Source: Spirochaetia bacterium
GTDB lineage: Bacteria; Spirochaetota; Spirochaetia; SZUA-6; Bin103
NCBI GenBank assembly: GCA_965198005.1
Contig: CBDAOI010000001.1
Coordinates: forward strand, 64,001 to 128,000
Reading direction: 5' to 3'
Length of the DNA stretch: 64,000 nt
Each line of letters begins with the position of its first letter. Within the stretch, counting starts at the first letter, position 1. The position numbers and the translations under genes are program-made. This document shows positions 36,521 to 47,319 of this stretch, one piece after another. The notes below the pieces were generated by a model that ran no database searches, was not told the origin of the DNA, and saw nothing but the letters and a program-made list of their open reading frames with translations.

Positions 36521-37301
36521 GCGGAAGCCCCCGAGTAGTGCTTGAGCCCGAACCGCCAGATCACCCGCGCCGCGGTCAGCATGAACGCCGCCACCCCCAG
36601 GGCCAGCGCCACGCCACCGCCGGTGAGCCGGCCGATCAGCGCCTCCGCCGGTATCGTGATCGCGATCGCGACCGGCACCACGAAGGTCAGCACCACGCGC
36701 AACCACTGCGGATAGATCCCGATCGGCCAGCGCGCCGCCTGGTACATGTCGCTGAAGATAACCAGGATGTTCTCGATGCGCAGAAACCAGAACGACACCG
36801 TGGCCATGATCAGATAGAAACTGTAGATCACGCCGCCGCCGGCCAGCAGGGTCACCACGAACAGGGCGCTGTCGCCCCACCCCACCGCGCCGCCGCGGCG
36901 CACCAGCGCCACCCCCAGCACCGCCAGTCCAGCACCACGTCGACCAGTTTCCAGATCCGGATCTCACCGATGCTGACCAGGAACTGCGCGTCCGCCGGCT
37001 TGGTCAGGGTGTAGTCGAGCGTGCCCTCGCGCACGTCCTCCATCACCTTCTGCATGCTCGGTTCGATCACCGCCCCGATCACCGCCCCCACCAGCAGATA
37101 CACCCCCAGCACCGCCAGCACCTCTTCCGGCGCCCAGCCGCCCAGGGTGTCGGTATGGCCGAACACCACCAGCAGGCCGCCGATCGCGCTCAACACCGCG
37201 ACCGCGGACTGCAACAACTGCAGGTAGAGATTGGCGCGGTAGGCCAGCTCGTTCAGCAGCCCGATCCTCAGGAACGTCCCCGCCACCCGCAGCGGCTGCA
37301 T
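36517..37301 (-). pseudogene. ABC-2 family permease, frameshift near 36930
   Basis: Two overlapping ORFs (GTLDYTLTKPAD; RWPIGIYP..YSGAS); one extra G would join them. Confidence 0.8.
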
Positions 37302-37304
37302 GCG

Positions 37305-38096
37305 CTACGCTCCCACCGCCGCGTACTTGCGCACGCCCAGCCGCCACACCACCCGCACCAGCAGCAGTCCCACCAGCAGCCACAGCGCCTGCATCCGGAA
37401 CCCGGCGGCGATCTCGGCGCCGCTGAGGCGGTTGAGCGCCAACTCGACCGGGAACCACAGGGTCCAGCGAAACGGCAGGTACCAGGTGATCCGCTCCAGC
37501 CACGACGGCAGCAGCTCCAGCGGCGCCAGCCGCCCGGAGCAGAACAGCAGCACCAGGAAGTAGATCTGATTGAGCGCCGCGGTGCGCGTGGTCCAGAACC
37601 CGGTGAGCGCAAACGCCCAGTCGAACAGGAACCGCACGCAGTACGCCGCCACCAGGGCGACCGCGGCCAGCGCCAGCATCGCGGCGCGCAGGTCGAAGGC
37701 GGGTTGGAACAGCAGCCCCAGCAGCAGCGCTGCCGGCACCAGAATCACCAAAGTGACCAGCTTGTAGCCGAGGTTGTCGGCAACGTCGCTGTGGATCGGA
37801 TGGATCGGCTTGAGCAGCATCGCCGACAGCTCGCCGCTGCGCACGCGCCACTCGAACTCGAAGATCACCCAGGTAAAGGTCAACTGGTTCACGATCATCA
37901 GAACGATGAAGTAGGCGGCGAAATCGGCCGCCCCGTAGCCGCCTACAGCGCCGCGTACCGTGGCGACGGTGGTCCACACCACCAGGTAGACGGTGGGCTC
38001 GACGATGCGGTTGATCATCCAGATCGCCAACGTCGCCCGATACTGCAGTTGCAAGGCGATGGTGGTCTTGAGGTATACCCAGTAGATGCGCAGCAC
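37305..38096 (-). CDS. ABC-2 family permease
   Basis: LQYRA, GELSAMLLKP, SGRLAPLELLP. Confidence 0.9.
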   Translation of the reverse strand: MLRIYWVYLKTTIALQLQYRATLAIWMINRIVEPTVYLVVWTTVATVRGAVGGYGAADFAAYFIVLMIVNQLTFTWVIFEFEWRVRSGELSAMLLKPIHPIHSDVADNLGYKLVTLVILVPAALLLGLLFQPAFDLRAAMLALAAVALVAAYCVRFLFDWAFALTGFWTTRTAALNQIYFLVLLFCSGRLAPLELLPSWLERITWYLPFRWTLWFPVELALNRLSGAEIAAGFRMQALWLLVGLLLVRVVWRLGVRKYAAVGA

Positions 38097-38105
38097 GGCT
38101 CCGCC

Positions 38106-39131
38106 CTATCCGTTCGGCTCCGACTCGGCCTGCGCTTGAGGCCCCGGAGGCGACCCGCGCGTCAACCCACCTGAAAAAACCTGCTCGATCACGTCCTCGA
38201 TCGGCGGATCCTCCACCGTCAGGTCACGCACCGGCAGGTCGGCCAACAACCGCGCGGTGACCTGCGGCGCGTCCACCTTGGGCACCCGCAGACTGTAGCG
38301 ACTGCCCTCGGACACCACCACCTGTCCGTAGCGGCCGAGGTCGGCGGTGTCCTTCTCCAGCTCGACCACGATCGTCTTGTGCGGAGAGAAGCGGGTCACC
38401 AGCTCGCCGAGCCGGCCGTCGAACAGGATGCGGCCGTGATCGATCACGATGATCCGCTTGCACAGCGCCTCCACGTCGGCCATGTAGTGGCTGGTCAGCA
38501 ACACCGTGGTGCGGTGCAGGCGGTTGTACTCGGCCAGGAACGCGCGGATGCGGCGCTGCATGGTGACGTCCAGTCCGATGGTCGGCTCATCCAGGAACAG
38601 CACCTGCGGCCGGTGCAGCAGCGCCACCGCGAGCTCACACTTCATGCGCTCGCCCAGTGACAGGTTGCGCACCGGGCGCTGCAGCAGCGGCCCCAGCTCC
38701 AGCAGCTCGGTCAGCTCGTCCAGGGTTGCGCGATAGACGGCGGCGGGCACCCGGTACACCACCCGGTTGCGCTCGAACGAGTCGATCACCGGGATGTCCC
38801 ACACCAGTTGATTGCGCTGCCCCATCACCAGCGTGATGCGACTCAGGAATGCGCGCTCGCGGCGCGCCGGTTCGTGGCCGAGCACGCGGGCGCGGCCGCC
38901 GCTGGGGAACAGCAGGCCGGACAGCATCTTCAGGGTGGTGGTCTTGCCCGCCCCGTTGGGGCCCACGAAGCCCACGAATTCGCCCGGCTCGAGGGTGAAG
39001 GACACGGCGGCTACCGCCTGGACCGCACGCGTACGCCGCGAAACCACGCTGCGCAACGCCGCCCGCAGTCCGGCGTCGCGTTCGGGGACGGTGTAGGTCT
39101 TGCTGAGCTGCCGAACCTCTACCGCGGACAA
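38106..39131 (-). CDS. ABC exporter ATP-binding protein
   Basis: GPNGAGKTT, LSLGERM, LFLDEPT. Confidence 0.95.
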   Translation of the reverse strand: MSAVEVRQLSKTYTVPERDAGLRAALRSVVSRRTRAVQAVAAVSFTLEPGEFVGFVGPNGAGKTTTLKMLSGLLFPSGGRARVLGHEPARRERAFLSRITLVMGQRNQLVWDIPVIDSFERNRVVYRVPAAVYRATLDELTELLELGPLLQRPVRNLSLGERMKCELAVALLHRPQVLFLDEPTIGLDVTMQRRIRAFLAEYNRLHRTTVLLTSHYMADVEALCKRIIVIDHGRILFDGRLGELVTRFSPHKTIVVELEKDTADLGRYGQVVVSEGSRYSLRVPKVDAPQVTARLLADLPVRDLTVEDPPIEDVIEQVFSGGLTRGSPPGPQAQAESEPNG

Positions 39132-39135
39132 CGAC

Positions 39136-40401
39136 TTACGAGAGCCGGGCGCGCAGCAGGCTGCGGATCTCCTGCACCAGGATCACGTAGCGGCTGGCGC
39201 CCTGCGGGAACCGGTCGGTTTCCAGCCGGCGGCCATTGACGAACACGGTCGGCGTCCGGTCGACGCCGCTGCGGTGGCCCTCGTCGACGTCGCGCTGGAT
39301 GTGACGCATGGCGGCCTCGCTCTGCAGGTCGCGGAGGAACGCCTCGGAGTCGGCCACGCCGGCGGTCGCGGCATTGTCCAGCAACTGCTGCGGCCGATGG
39401 TTCTGGAAGTGCTCGTACAGCAACTGGTGGTACTCGACGAAGCGGCCCTGCTGGTGCGCGGCGTAGGCCGCCGCCGCGGCCAGGCAGGAGGTGCTGGTCC
39501 GGTTGCCCATGGCCCGGTTGCAGGTGCCGTCGAGCGGATAGAACTTGAACAGCACCCGCACCTCGTCGGGGAACGTGGTCGCCAGCCGCAGCGCCTCGGG
39601 ATCGAAGCTGCGGCAGTGGGAGCAGTTGTAGTCGCCGAACACCATGATCTGCACCGGTGCGTCGGCCGGTCCGACGCCGGGTACCCCGTCGCTCGCGAAG
39701 GTGTGGGTCTGACGGCTCAGAAAGCTCGGCCCGGCCTGCTGGAGCGCGGCGGAGGCGGCGGCGCGGGTGCCGGTCGAGAGCGCCTCGGCCTCGAACCCCA
39801 GGGTGGCGGCCAGCGCCACCGCGACCCCGGCCGCGACTGCGCCGGCCGCGGGGGCGAACGCTTGGCGCTCGGGCCGCCGCTTGCCGGAGCGAGTGCTCGG
39901 TCGGGGCTGCGCGCGCAGCCGCAGGAGCACCGCGAACAGGCCCACGGTGGTGAGCTGCAGCAGCGCGCAGTACAGGCACAGGGCGCCGATCACCAGCGCC
40001 GACAGCAGCGCCAACCCCACCGAGACCAGCGCGCCGGCCCCGGCCAGGAGGGTGGCCAGTTTCAGGCAGGCAGCGGCCGAAGCGCGCAGCCCGGCCGCCA
40101 GCGGCAAGGCGAGCAACCCGCCCAGCACCACGTACGCAGCGAGCGCGACGGCCGAGATCGGCACGCCGGCGACCGCCGAGAACTGCGACGCGCTGATCCG
40201 GTCGCAGTCCACGTAGGCGGAAATGCTGCAGCCGCTGACCTGCCCCGCCAGCACGTGCTGGTAGTAGTTGCGGGTCAGCACCACGCTCAGGATAAGCCCG
40301 GCCACCACCAGCAGCAACGCCAGCCACTGCGCCCACGGTAGCTGCGCGCCCACACTCGGCGCCGCCTCGCCCGCGGCGGACGATCGTCTGCGTTTTCCCA
40401 T
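39136..40401 (-). CDS. VKOR-DsbA (thioredoxin) fusion
   Basis: C-x7-C loop and CLYC in the membrane part; DYNCSHC and TPTVFVNG. Confidence 0.88.
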   Translation of the reverse strand: MGKRRRSSAAGEAAPSVGAQLPWAQWLALLLVVAGLILSVVLTRNYYQHVLAGQVSGCSISAYVDCDRISASQFSAVAGVPISAVALAAYVVLGGLLALPLAAGLRASAAACLKLATLLAGAGALVSVGLALLSALVIGALCLYCALLQLTTVGLFAVLLRLRAQPRPSTRSGKRRPERQAFAPAAGAVAAGVAVALAATLGFEAEALSTGTRAAASAALQQAGPSFLSRQTHTFASDGVPGVGPADAPVQIMVFGDYNCSHCRSFDPEALRLATTFPDEVRVLFKFYPLDGTCNRAMGNRTSTSCLAAAAAYAAHQQGRFVEYHQLLYEHFQNHRPQQLLDNAATAGVADSEAFLRDLQSEAAMRHIQRDVDEGHRSGVDRTPTVFVNGRRLETDRFPQGASRYVILVQEIRSLLRARLS

Positions 40402-40469
40402 CCGGCCGTGCCCCCTCGACCAGCAGGCTGGCGGCTCAGGCGCGTCGCGTCAAGTCCGCATCGTCCGCA

Positions 40470-41414
40470 TCAATCGAAGGCGGCGACGATCTCCTGCTCG
40501 ATGCGCTGGATTTCCTCGACGCCGCCGGTGGGGATGTTGCCGAACATGATCTCGTCGACCCCCTCGTCGATCAGCGCGCCGATCCGGTCCACCACCTGCT
40601 GGCGCGTGCCCACCATGGTGCCCGCGCCCAGCCCCTTGACCAGTCTTGCGCCCGCATCCCGCGCCGCCTGGTCGTCGCCGACCACGATCGGCATCAGGAT
40701 GGTGCGCCGGATCTCGGCCGGGTCGCGGCCGACGTTCTCGCAATGCCGCTCCAGCACCTCGACCTTGTGGCGGTACGTCTCCAGCGCCACGCCCTGGCCG
40801 GCCCAGCCGTCCAGATTCAGCACGTCGCCGTACTTCGCCAGGGTGCGCAGTGTGCGCCGCTCGCCGGTGCCGCCCACCAGAATCGGGATGTGCGGCTTCT
40901 GATAGCAGCCCGGAGACATCTGCAACTGGTCGGCCCAGTAGTACCGGCCGCGGAAGTCGATCGGCCCCTCCGTGGTGAACAGCGTGCGGATCAACTGGCA
41001 CGCCTCCTCGAAGCGGTCCGAGCGTTCGCGCATGGTCGGGAACTTCCAGCCGAACCCGTAGTGCTCGCGCTCGCACCAGGCGGCGCCCAGCGAGAGCGTG
41101 AACCGCCCCTTGGAAGCCTGGTCGAGCGTGGTCGCCATCTTCGCCAGCAGCGCCGGGTTGCGGTAGGTGTTGCCCAGCACCAGGTGTCCGAGCTGCAGCT
41201 TGCTGGTCATGCCGGCCGCGACCGCGATCAGCGTGTACCCCTCGAACGCCGGCAGATGCTCGGACTTCCGCTGCCCCTTGGGCCCGCCCCAGGGCGGGAA
41301 AAAGTGGTCCGCGAACCAGAGGCTGTGCCACGGCCCCGCCTCCATGGCCGTAATCGAACGTGCGATCTCGTCCCACGTAACGTTGTAACAGTTGACCTGA
41401 ATTCCGAATTTCAT
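40470..41414 (-). CDS. LLM-class flavin/F420-dependent oxidoreductase
   Basis: WFADHF, YRNPALLAKMATTLD, ILVGGTGE. Confidence 0.9.
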   Translation of the reverse strand: MKFGIQVNCYNVTWDEIARSITAMEAGPWHSLWFADHFFPPWGGPKGQRKSEHLPAFEGYTLIAVAAGMTSKLQLGHLVLGNTYRNPALLAKMATTLDQASKGRFTLSLGAAWCEREHYGFGWKFPTMRERSDRFEEACQLIRTLFTTEGPIDFRGRYYWADQLQMSPGCYQKPHIPILVGGTGERRTLRTLAKYGDVLNLDGWAGQGVALETYRHKVEVLERHCENVGRDPAEIRRTILMPIVVGDDQAARDAGARLVKGLGAGTMVGTRQQVVDRIGALIDEGVDEIMFGNIPTGGVEEIQRIEQEIVAAFD

Positions 41415-41460
41415 CGGTTGTCCTCCGTATATTGAATCATGTTCAGTCGCCGGGCGCTGG

Positions 41461-43110
41461 TCAGTTGCCGCGCGCGACCTGTTTTTCGACCTTGCTGATT
41501 ACCTCGACCACGGCCGGCAGGCCCTCCCGGTTCGCGGCCTTGGCCCGCTCGAACGCCGCGGGCAGGGCTCCCGGCGACTCCACCCGTTCCGCATGGGCGC
41601 CGAGTCCGGCGGCCACGGCAGTGTAGTCGCCGCTCAGCCGGTTGCTTCCGTAGCGTTCGGTCGCCGCCGGCATGTAGGTGTCGTAATTGGTCATGTGCCC
41701 GTTGTTCAGCACCACCGTGACGATCGGGATCTCCGACCGCACGGCGGTCTCGACGTCCAGGCCGGTCATCCCGAACGCCGCCTCGCCCATCAGGTTTACC
41801 ACGTGCTTGTCCGGCGCGGCCAGCTTGGCCCCCATCGCCAACCCCAGGCCGTAGCCCAACTGAGTCGACTTCCCCCAGGCGACATAGCCGTTGGGCACCG
41901 GCGTGTTCCACATCGGCACCATCTGGTCGCGCGGCGAGCCGGAGTCATGGGTGACGATCGAGGCCGCGGGATCGAACGCCCGCGCCATCTCGCGGATCAC
42001 CCGGTAGGGACTGATCGGCGCCTCGTCCGAGCCGTGGTGCGGTTCCCACTGCGCCTCGAACTCCGCGCGCACCGCGGCCACCCGTGCGGCCGCGCGCCGG
42101 CCGTCGCCCCGGACCGCCGGACCATTCTGGCGCCGGTACTCGTCGATCATCTGCCGCAGCACGAGCTGTGCGTCGCCGACCGCGCCCACGCTCACTCCAT
42201 AGTCCTTGCCGATATCTTCGCCGCAATTGGTCACCTGGCCCAAGGTCGCCGTGTCGGGCATCGGCTTGGTGAAGGTGTTGACCGTGAAACTGGTGCCCAG
42301 GCCGAGCACGAAGTCGGCGGAGCGCAGGAAGCGCGCCACCATCAGCGTCCACGAATTGCCGCCGGTGCCGAGCGCCAGCGGGTGGGTCTCCGGAAACGCG
42401 CCCTTGCCGGCCAGGGTGGTCATGACCGGGATCTGGGCCAGCTCCGCGAACTCCACCAGCTCGGCGGTGGCCTCCGCGTAGAGCACGCCCTGGCCGGCGT
42501 TGATGATCGGGTCGCGGGCCGCCAGCAGGGCTGCGATCAGATCGCGCACGTCCTCCGCCGCGGCGCTGGACCGGTGGCGGCGCACCGGCGTGTAGCCCTC
42601 TACCGCCGCCGCCGGGCACTCCTGCGACATTACGTCATGCGGCATCTCCAGCAGCACCGGACCGCGCCGGCCATTCCGGAGCTGCCCGACCGCGTGGCGC
42701 AGCAACGCCGGCACGTCGGCCACCCGGTTGATCCGAGCCGCCCACTTGGTGACGTGGCGGTAGTTGCGCACCGCGTCGAACGAAGGCGGGACCTCCACCC
42801 GGCTCAACGACTCGCCGCCGGGCAGGTGCAGCAGCGGCACCGAGTCCGCGAACGCCTGCGCCACGCCGGCAAACGCGTTCTCGGAGCCGGGGCCGTGCTG
42901 CATCGTGAACACGCCCAGCTTGCGCCCGTTGGTGACGCGGGTGAAGCCGTCGGCGATGTTGACTCCGACGCGTTCCTGGCGGCAGATGATCGGGCGAATT
43001 CCGATCTTGGCGCCGGCGTTGATCAGGTTCTGCAGCGGGAATGCGCAAATATGCTGCACTCCCTCGGTGGCGAGGATGCGCGCCATCGCGTCGTATCCGG
43101 TCATCGACAT
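41461..43110 (-). CDS. thiamine pyrophosphate-requiring enzyme (acetolactate synthase-like)
   Basis: RQER, GPGSEN, GEAAFGM..LNN. Confidence 0.9.
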   Translation of the reverse strand: MSMTGYDAMARILATEGVQHICAFPLQNLINAGAKIGIRPIICRQERVGVNIADGFTRVTNGRKLGVFTMQHGPGSENAFAGVAQAFADSVPLLHLPGGESLSRVEVPPSFDAVRNYRHVTKWAARINRVADVPALLRHAVGQLRNGRRGPVLLEMPHDVMSQECPAAAVEGYTPVRRHRSSAAAEDVRDLIAALLAARDPIINAGQGVLYAEATAELVEFAELAQIPVMTTLAGKGAFPETHPLALGTGGNSWTLMVARFLRSADFVLGLGTSFTVNTFTKPMPDTATLGQVTNCGEDIGKDYGVSVGAVGDAQLVLRQMIDEYRRQNGPAVRGDGRRAAARVAAVRAEFEAQWEPHHGSDEAPISPYRVIREMARAFDPAASIVTHDSGSPRDQMVPMWNTPVPNGYVAWGKSTQLGYGLGLAMGAKLAAPDKHVVNLMGEAAFGMTGLDVETAVRSEIPIVTVVLNNGHMTNYDTYMPAATERYGSNRLSGDYTAVAAGLGAHAERVESPGALPAAFERAKAANREGLPAVVEVISKVEKQVARGN

Positions 43111-43424
43111 GGTTGTATGATGGTCTCCGTATTGTAATCGGCGGCTGGCCGAAGAAGGATGAGCGCCCCGGGGAGCGGCACCGGTGAGCGCCGCTCCGGA
43201 CTTGGCCACAGACTCCTGACGATCCGCTGGTGCCCTGAAGTATGACAGGTGCCGGCGGCAATCGGCAAGTGAAGAACTGGGGAACTTCAGGGACTTGACG
43301 GACGCTCACACGTTCCGCACAATACCCATCCGCACAGCGCGGTGGGCACCGCGGGGACCGGCGCAGGGAGGGGACGACGCGATCCGGTGGACCCGGTTGG
43401 ACTGAATCGACCTTGGCGGATATG

Positions 43425-43673
43425 AGTAGCAGCACCGGAAGCGGCGGCCGTGAGATGGACGTCAACACGCGGGTACGTGACCACGTGGCGGCGTTGGAAC
43501 GAGCCGCGGCGGAGCCCGAGTTGATCGTCGACCAGCGCCTGCTGGACCGCATGACGAGCTTGGTGCAGACCTTCGCGCAGCTTCGCCAGCAGGGCCCTCA
43601 GCGGCTGCGGCAGGCGCGGTCGGCCAAACGCCGCACCCCCAGATCGTCAGCAACCCGGCGCGACGTGAGTTGA
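43425..43673 (+). CDS. small hypothetical protein
   Basis: Short ORF upstream of the symporter; no motif; start uncertain. Confidence 0.35.
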   Translation, partial: SSSTGSGGREMDVNTRVRDHVAALERAAAEPELIVDQRLLDRMTSLVQTFAQLRQQGPQRLRQARSAKRRTPRSSATRRDVS

Positions 43674-43709
43674 GGCCGGGCCGCAGGCGGCGCGCGGGAG
43701 GTCGCCGGT

Positions 43710-45134
43710 GTGAACTTCTCCTGGTCACTGCTGATCGACCTGGGCGTCATCGCCAGCGCGCTGCTGGCCGCGACCGTGCTGCGCACCCGGCTGCGCCTGC
43801 TCCAGGCCTACCTGATCCCCAACGCCATCGTCGCCGGGTTTCTCCTGCTGGGCTTCTACAACTGGGTGGCACCGCACCTCGGCCTCGGCCGGGAGGGGCT
43901 CGAGAACCTGGTGTTTCATCTGCTGAACCTGACCTTCATCGCCATCGCGCTGCGCCCCGGCCGCCCGCGCCGCCGGAGGTCGCGGGCGGTGTTCGGCACC
44001 GCCACCGTGATCATCTCCCAGCTCACGATTCAGGGGCTGATCGGCTTCGCCGTGACCTTCCTGTTCATCGGCGTCCCGCTGCTGCCGGCGCTGTTTCCCG
44101 GCTACGGCTTCCTGGTCGCGCTCGGCTACGTGCTCGGCCCCGGCCAGGCGTTCTCGATCGGCCTGAGCTGGCAGGACCAGGGGTTTGCCGGCGCCGGCGG
44201 GCTCGGGCTGATCTTCGGCGCGATCGGGTTCCTGGTGGCGTGCTTCGGCGGCGTGTGGCTGATCAACCATGGTCTGCGGCACGGCTACGGCTCGCTCAGC
44301 CGCCGGCAGGTGGAGGAGCTGCGCACCCAGAGCGGCCTGCTGCGGGCCACCGACGAGCATCCGGTGGGGTTGCGCCAGACCACCCGCAGCGAGGCGATCG
44401 ACACCCTGTCGCTGATGCTGGCGGCGGTGTTCGGCGTGTACCTGGCGACCTACCTGCTGCTGCGTGCGCTCACCGGTCTGCTGCTGCCGCTCGGGGGAGT
44501 CGTGGCCCAGGTGGCGGAGAGCCTGTGGGGCATCACCTTCGTGTTCGCCCTGCTGGTCGCGCTGGTAGTGAAGGCGGTGCTGAACCTGACGGGCCACGCC
44601 TACCTGCTGGAGGAGCGCGGCCTCACCCGGATCAGCGGGGGCGCGGTCGACTTCATGGTGGCGGCGGCGCTGGGCGCGATCTCGATCGCGGTGGTGCAGG
44701 CCCACTGGCTGCCGATCCTGGTGTTCGCCCTGCTGATCGCGGCCGTGGCCGCGGTGACGATTCTGTGGCTGGGCTCGCGCCTGTTCGCGGGCGACTTCGC
44801 GTTCGAGCGGGTGATGCTGTTCTGGGGGGCGCTGACCGGCACTCTCAGCACCGGGCTGGCCCTGCTGCGCGCCGTGGACCCGGAGTTCAAGACCCCGGCC
44901 GCGACCGACTACATGTACGCGTCGGCAGTCACCTTTTTCCTGGTACTGCCGCTCGTGTTCGTCATGGGGTTGCCGGCGCTGGGGTTCGCCACCGGCAACT
45001 CCGGCCTGTACCTGGTGACGCTGGCCGTGCTGCTGGTCTATCTGGCGCTGGTTGCCGTGGCCGGGCACCGGTTGGCGCGGGCCCGGGGCGTGCGTGGCCG
45101 GAGCGCGCTGCGCCCGCTCTGGTTTCGCGGGTGA
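43710..45134 (+). CDS. sodium:glutamate symporter-like (GltS) transporter
   Basis: Many TM segments, GPGQA, GALTGTLSTGLALLRAVDP. Confidence 0.85.
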   Translation: MNFSWSLLIDLGVIASALLAATVLRTRLRLLQAYLIPNAIVAGFLLLGFYNWVAPHLGLGREGLENLVFHLLNLTFIAIALRPGRPRRRRSRAVFGTATVIISQLTIQGLIGFAVTFLFIGVPLLPALFPGYGFLVALGYVLGPGQAFSIGLSWQDQGFAGAGGLGLIFGAIGFLVACFGGVWLINHGLRHGYGSLSRRQVEELRTQSGLLRATDEHPVGLRQTTRSEAIDTLSLMLAAVFGVYLATYLLLRALTGLLLPLGGVVAQVAESLWGITFVFALLVALVVKAVLNLTGHAYLLEERGLTRISGGAVDFMVAAALGAISIAVVQAHWLPILVFALLIAAVAAVTILWLGSRLFAGDFAFERVMLFWGALTGTLSTGLALLRAVDPEFKTPAATDYMYASAVTFFLVLPLVFVMGLPALGFATGNSGLYLVTLAVLLVYLALVAVAGHRLARARGVRGRSALRPLWFRG

Positions 45135-45293
45135 CGCGCTGACCGCGCGGCCGCAGTGCGCTCCGATTCGCCCCCGATGCGCACTGATTCGCGGTACGGG
45201 TTGCCGCCCGCAGGCGCAGGCGCTACCGTTACTGGTAGAGCGCGCACGGCCACCGCGCGCAGGCATCGCCGGCCGGGTGGCCGGTCGTGATGA

Positions 45294-46064
45294 GTGATGG
45301 ACAGGATCCGTATCTACGTTTGCCGCCGACTACTGCCCTGCCTGCGGCCGCGTCACGTCGGGATCGCGCTGGCGCTGGTGACCTGGGCAGCCCTCGCGGG
45401 CTGCGACGGAAGCGATAGCTGGCGCCCGGTCACGCGCGCGCAGCGCGCCGACCGCCGGCTCGACTACGCGGTCCACTATCAGGATCGGGAAGCGATGATC
45501 CGCAGTTTCGAGACCTTCCTGCGCAACCCGGATCCGGAATTCGCTCAGGACGACTCGCTCTCCCGGAAGGAGTTCCGCACCTACCTGCGCTCCTGGCGCG
45601 ACCCGCTCGCGCAGCATGCCGACGAGCACTTCCGGCTGGCCCTGCAGCGGATCGAGGACCAGGGCAGCCCGATGCAGATCCTGCCCGGCCGCGGCGACCG
45701 CCTCCCGATCCGCACGCTGTACTTCAGGGACGACACCTTCATCCTGATCGATCAGGTGGAGGAACGGAACATGCTGTTCCTGTGCCGGCTCAAGGGGCGC
45801 GAGGTGATCGCCACCGCGCAGCGCCTGCGCTGGTCGCCCAACGTCCAGTACGATGACGCCGCCGGCGGCGCCCAGCCGATCCGCGTCTACGTGTTCCTGG
45901 GCTTCGTCAGTCCCGACCGCAGCGCCCACATGACGATCAAGCAGATGCAGGCCTGCCTGGAGTCGTATGCCGACAACTCCCATCGCGTCCAGCGGCGCCT
46001 GGGCGACGACGAGCTGGAACGCGTGCAGCAGGTGCACGACTACTTCTTCGACATAACCCGTTAG
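45294..46064 (+). CDS. hypothetical protein, possible lipoprotein
   Basis: Hydrophobic stretch ending LAGC; host-like codon usage. Confidence 0.6.
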   Translation: MMDRIRIYVCRRLLPCLRPRHVGIALALVTWAALAGCDGSDSWRPVTRAQRADRRLDYAVHYQDREAMIRSFETFLRNPDPEFAQDDSLSRKEFRTYLRSWRDPLAQHADEHFRLALQRIEDQGSPMQILPGRGDRLPIRTLYFRDDTFILIDQVEERNMLFLCRLKGREVIATAQRLRWSPNVQYDDAAGGAQPIRVYVFLGFVSPDRSAHMTIKQMQACLESYADNSHRVQRRLGDDELERVQQVHDYFFDITR

Positions 46065-46191
46065 GTTGGGCCGGCGTCAGGCCGGGCGGCGCTGCCCCGG
46101 TTCGCGTCATGCCGAATGTCGTACCATGCGTACCATGCGCTCCGCCTTTGCACGACGGCGGCGGCCGCCTATAATCCGCTCTCGGTTGGAT

Positions 46192-47292
46192 ATGACAGAC
46201 ACGAACAGGACAGACGCGATCAGGATTGCGGTGATTGCTGGGGACGGCACGGGTCCGGAGGTAACCGCGGAGGCGTGCAAGGTGCTGGACGCGGTAGCGC
46301 CGCTGGAGGGGATATCGTACGAGCGGGTCGACTTCGACTACGGCGGCGACCGCTACCTGGCCACCGGAGAGGTGATCACCGAGCAGCAGATCGACGAATT
46401 TCGCCAGTTCGACGCGATCTACCTGGGGGCGATCGGCCATCCCGAGGTCAAGCCCGGCATCCTCGAGAAGGGGTTGCTGCTGGCCATTCGGTTCCAGCTC
46501 GACCAGTACGTCAACCTGCGGCCGGTCAAGCTCTATCCGGGGGTCGAGTGCCCGCTCAAGGACAAGGGGCCGAAGGACATCCGGTTCGACGTGGTGCGCG
46601 AGAACACCGAGGACCTGTACTGCGGCGCCGGCGGGTTCCTGCGCAAGCACACGTCGCAGGAAATCGCCACGCAGGAGATGATCGCCACCCGGTTCGGGGC
46701 GGACCGCTGCCTGCGCTGGGCGTTCGAGCACTGCCGCCGGCGGCAGGATCGCCTGCAGCTCACGCTGGTGCACAAGACCAACGTGCTGACCTTCGCCGCC
46801 AACCTCTGGGAGCGGGCGTTCCACGAGCTGGGCGAGGCCGAGTTTCCCGACGTCCGGCGCGACTACAATCACATCGACGCGGCCTGCATGTGGTTCGTGA
46901 AGAACCCGGAGTTCTACGACACCATCGTGGTGCCCAACATGTTCGGCGACATCATCACCGACCTCGGCGCCATGATTCAGGGCGGGCTCGGCGTATCCGC
47001 CGGCGGCAACATCAACCCCGAACCCGGCGGCTGCAGCATGTTCGAGTGCATGGGCGGTTCGGCACCGAAGTATACCGGCCGGAACATCATCAACCCGATC
47101 GCCGCCATCGCCGCCATGGGCATGCTGCTCACCGTGCTCGGCGACCAGAAGGGACTGCCCAACCTGACCCGCGCCGGCCACCGCGTCGACGCCGCCATCG
47201 GCAACACCACCCCCCGGATGGACAGCATGTCCGCCGGCAGGATGGGCCACTCGACCTCCGAGGTAGGCGACCTGGTAGCCGCCGCGCTCTGA
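46192..47292 (+). CDS. leuB: 3-isopropylmalate dehydrogenase
   Basis: IAGDGTGPEV, VNLRP, RENTED, NMFGDIITDL, GGSAP. Confidence 0.88.
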   Translation: MTDTNRTDAIRIAVIAGDGTGPEVTAEACKVLDAVAPLEGISYERVDFDYGGDRYLATGEVITEQQIDEFRQFDAIYLGAIGHPEVKPGILEKGLLLAIRFQLDQYVNLRPVKLYPGVECPLKDKGPKDIRFDVVRENTEDLYCGAGGFLRKHTSQEIATQEMIATRFGADRCLRWAFEHCRRRQDRLQLTLVHKTNVLTFAANLWERAFHELGEAEFPDVRRDYNHIDAACMWFVKNPEFYDTIVVPNMFGDIITDLGAMIQGGLGVSAGGNINPEPGGCSMFECMGGSAPKYTGRNIINPIAAIAAMGMLLTVLGDQKGLPNLTRAGHRVDAAIGNTTPRMDSMSAGRMGHSTSEVGDLVAAAL

Positions 47293-47319
47293 GCTGAAGC
47301 CCGAGCCGGATGGTGATCA

